64,000 nt of DNA from positions 20,510,754 to 20,574,753 of the forward strand of contig OZ316896.1 of assembly GCA_973895155.1 (NCBI GenBank), read 5' to 3'. The notes beneath the pieces are model-generated. The model searched no databases, was not told the origin of the DNA, and saw only the letters and a program-made list of their open reading frames with translations. A program made the position numbers and the translations under genes. Shown one piece after another: positions 61,501-64,000 of the stretch (positions are counted from its first letter, which is position 1; every line of letters begins with the position of its first letter). This stretch comes from Marsupella aquatica (Eukaryota > Plantae > Marchantiophyta).

Positions 61501-63691
61501 TTAAGATTCTCAGCATTAGCCTACAAAATGGATTGGTAGTTCTCTTGAATTTCTTTAATAAAGGTAACTAGCATAGGAAGGACTTAATGTATTACCGAAC
61601 AAAAAATGCACCTAACATGGAAATTTGAAACGTAAGGAAGTGAAGCCAGGAAGACAGCCTTACAGTACTGACCTCTACAAGATGCGAAAGGCCATTTATC
61701 GATATGTATTGCAAGCTCGGAAGTCTGAGTAATTTACGAAAACCAGGCAAAAATTCATCCAATTCCTTCTCCGCAGTTTTGATCGCTAGACGGCAATTCG
61801 CGACCTGCAGATGATCCACAAGAAAATCATCTTAATATCTGAAAACGTTGACTGAAATATTATCCAACGAGCTGGTTGAGCCCAGGTGACTAGCATAAGA
61901 AAAATGCATTAAGCTTAGAAACCTGAGCTGCGATGACCAAACTGTACACTCAAACTCTGAAACAGATGGCTGTAATGCTCAACGAGTTCGCTCATATTTA
62001 CTCAACTTTGTCTATAATTGGTTTTAAATAAATCACAATTTGGTTGAAGAGCAATAAACCTCTGGAAACCTTCCATCTTTACAATTAAAGAGATTGAGCT
62101 TGTCTCCTGCTGGAGCAGCATCCGTGTTTAAGGCAGACAGCAGCCGATTTGCATGCTCACAGAGCGATGGTGAGGATATAGCTGAAACAAGCCTTTGCAA
62201 TAATGTGGATTGATTTTTCTTGTTCTGCTCCTCTGCCCCCTCTTCCAATACGCTGTCCATGTCTTCCCCATCGAATCGCAGTCGCTGCAAATGTTTTGCA
62301 GATGTGATGAGCGCTTGAATAACATTCACAAACTGCACCCAACAAACTATACATCAGATCACGACAGCAGTACATCTGTTCCAGATATTCCTGTAGTGGA
62401 CTGAAATTCACTCATCTCGTGACCGAAACTTTGTTTGATAGATGTTTCCCGCTTTCACTCAAGCCCATAAAAATTTCGAGATTTGACACAAACGAAAGAA
62501 AAACATTGTAAACACTAAAGCATCTGTCATTATAATGTGGGTATTGCATCACGTCTTTTTCCGGAGTTTCGAATTGGGGACCAATGTGCACTGGGCAATT
62601 AGACTTTTATAATAATCTTTAGTTAAGGGAATTGAAAGGGACAACTGTGATCAATTTGGGTGGAACATCAACAGAGAACTTTCACACGATATGAACTCTT
62701 CTCTAAGCTGCAGCTTGTTTTTGTTGGCACCTCTGCTGCAGTTGCAGTCCTATGGAAGATTCGGGTAAGACCACGCTCCAGGTCCGGCATTCTCCCCAAA
62801 GTACGAAGCAGACCACCAATTGAATTCTGGTGGAGTGAACGACTGGCCCCACCCCCTCTACCGCTGCCCGGAAAAGTACCTTCAATCTGTGCACGTCCTA
62901 AACTGCAAGTGGACTTGGCAATTTCAGCCACCGCATCCAGCCGTGCCCCAATGAGGATGCGATCACACAATGGATGTGTCACCTACAACAGCCATTTCCT
63001 GTCAGCCCTTAATGAAGTACATGCCTGTCAATCCCACTCCCAAGGGACAGATAGAGATCAAATTTAGGATCTAACTGATCGAGCCCGAAGTAGTTGAGAT
63101 TATCCACGCATGTGGCATATGTGGATTGGCAATACCAAAACATGAGTAAAGACATATGAAAAAGCTCACCCAATATCGAAGCAGACGCGCGCCGAATGCA
63201 GTTTCAGTGTGGTCCATAAGCCAAAGCAGAGAACCTTTCTTACTCCCATCTGTATTATTATTCAAGATCTAGCGCAGGTAAGAAAATTGATGAGAGTCAG
63301 CCATCCGACATCTGTGAGATACTTTAATACTTCAAGATTATGAACGAGCCACTAAATGATGCACCTAGAAGAGTATTATCGTGAAACCATGTTCACAAAT
63401 ACTATCTTTGTTTTCATAATTAAGTTTCGGTATGCTTCAACCATCATCGAAAGGATGTACTTTGCATGACAGAAAGCTTCTCCTGCACATTCATAACAGA
63501 ATATGAACGTGTGGCCGTTTGGGTACCTCCAGCTGACGAAGTGTGTTAGGAGAAAGATTCATCTCCTTATAACCAGAGAAAGGCCGAAAGACCGCACCCA
63601 ATCTTAACACTCTCTCCAGATTGAACTGCTGTAGGTACCGCAAGGCTAGGGCCAAAGCTTGCACTACAATGTCAGGCATTGCCATTATAAC
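58548..63691 (-). CDS. MSH3: DNA mismatch repair protein MSH3 (5' part beyond window). Exons 63691-63527, 63268-63170, 62982-62731, 62332-62060, 61804-61673, 61232-60972, 60851-60780, 60243-60094, 59873-59370, 59168-58548
   Basis: MutS motifs [66 protein letters not shown] and [21 protein letters not shown]3-type motifs [28 protein letters not shown] and [20 protein letters not shown]. Confidence 0.93.
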
Positions 63692-64000
63692 CTACAAAAC
63701 CACGTCGTGATCAACTCATGGCAGAGAAATGCACCAACACGCTCCTCAATCGTATGTTCTACAATACTATCAGAAACCGGTTGTTCAATTCACCAGTCCC
63801 TAGCCTGAATATGGTTTAATACTCTGTTCTGAAACATATTGTGCTATTTCAATGTCTCACTGACTTTACATAAATCCAGAACCACGGTGATAATATCAAC
63901 GAGTTCTAGCTAGTAGCTGCAATTTGTACGTCTAAAGATTCTCAAAAAAACCATCGTCATGCAGATCTATTTGGCGATGAAGGACTGGATCACGGAAAGT

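Overview
Eukaryotic land-plant nuclear DNA with GT-AG introns, Ty1/copia elements and a PLS-PPR gene. The gene content (TORNADO1-like C-terminal paralogs, an HNL-type hydrolase fragment, a PDF-motif PPR) suggests a bryophyte; this taxonomic call is an inference. In order along the window: two tandem TORNADO1/ROCO C-terminal-like paralogs, the second with a copia 3' remnant in an intron; a foldback element containing a mini-Helitron; MED10; an intronless RETICULATA-RELATED 4-like gene; an intact young Ty1/copia element with TGTTG TSD, inserted in a decayed LINE; an Integrator subunit 8 (INTS8)-like gene; a second mini-Helitron; a PLS-class PPR gene fused to an OSB-type PDF motif; an alpha/beta-hydrolase pseudogene; three copies of an unrecognised two-exon membrane-protein gene (two forming a ~1.5 kb-arm inverted repeat, two lying in a tandem duplication that also copied the MSH3 3' end); and the 3' part of MSH3. 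The most notable items are the PDF-motif/PPR fusion, the plant INTS8 homolog with a WFEFLL-like motif, and the orphan KKxx membrane-protein cluster. All family assignments come from motif recognition by eye, not database searches.
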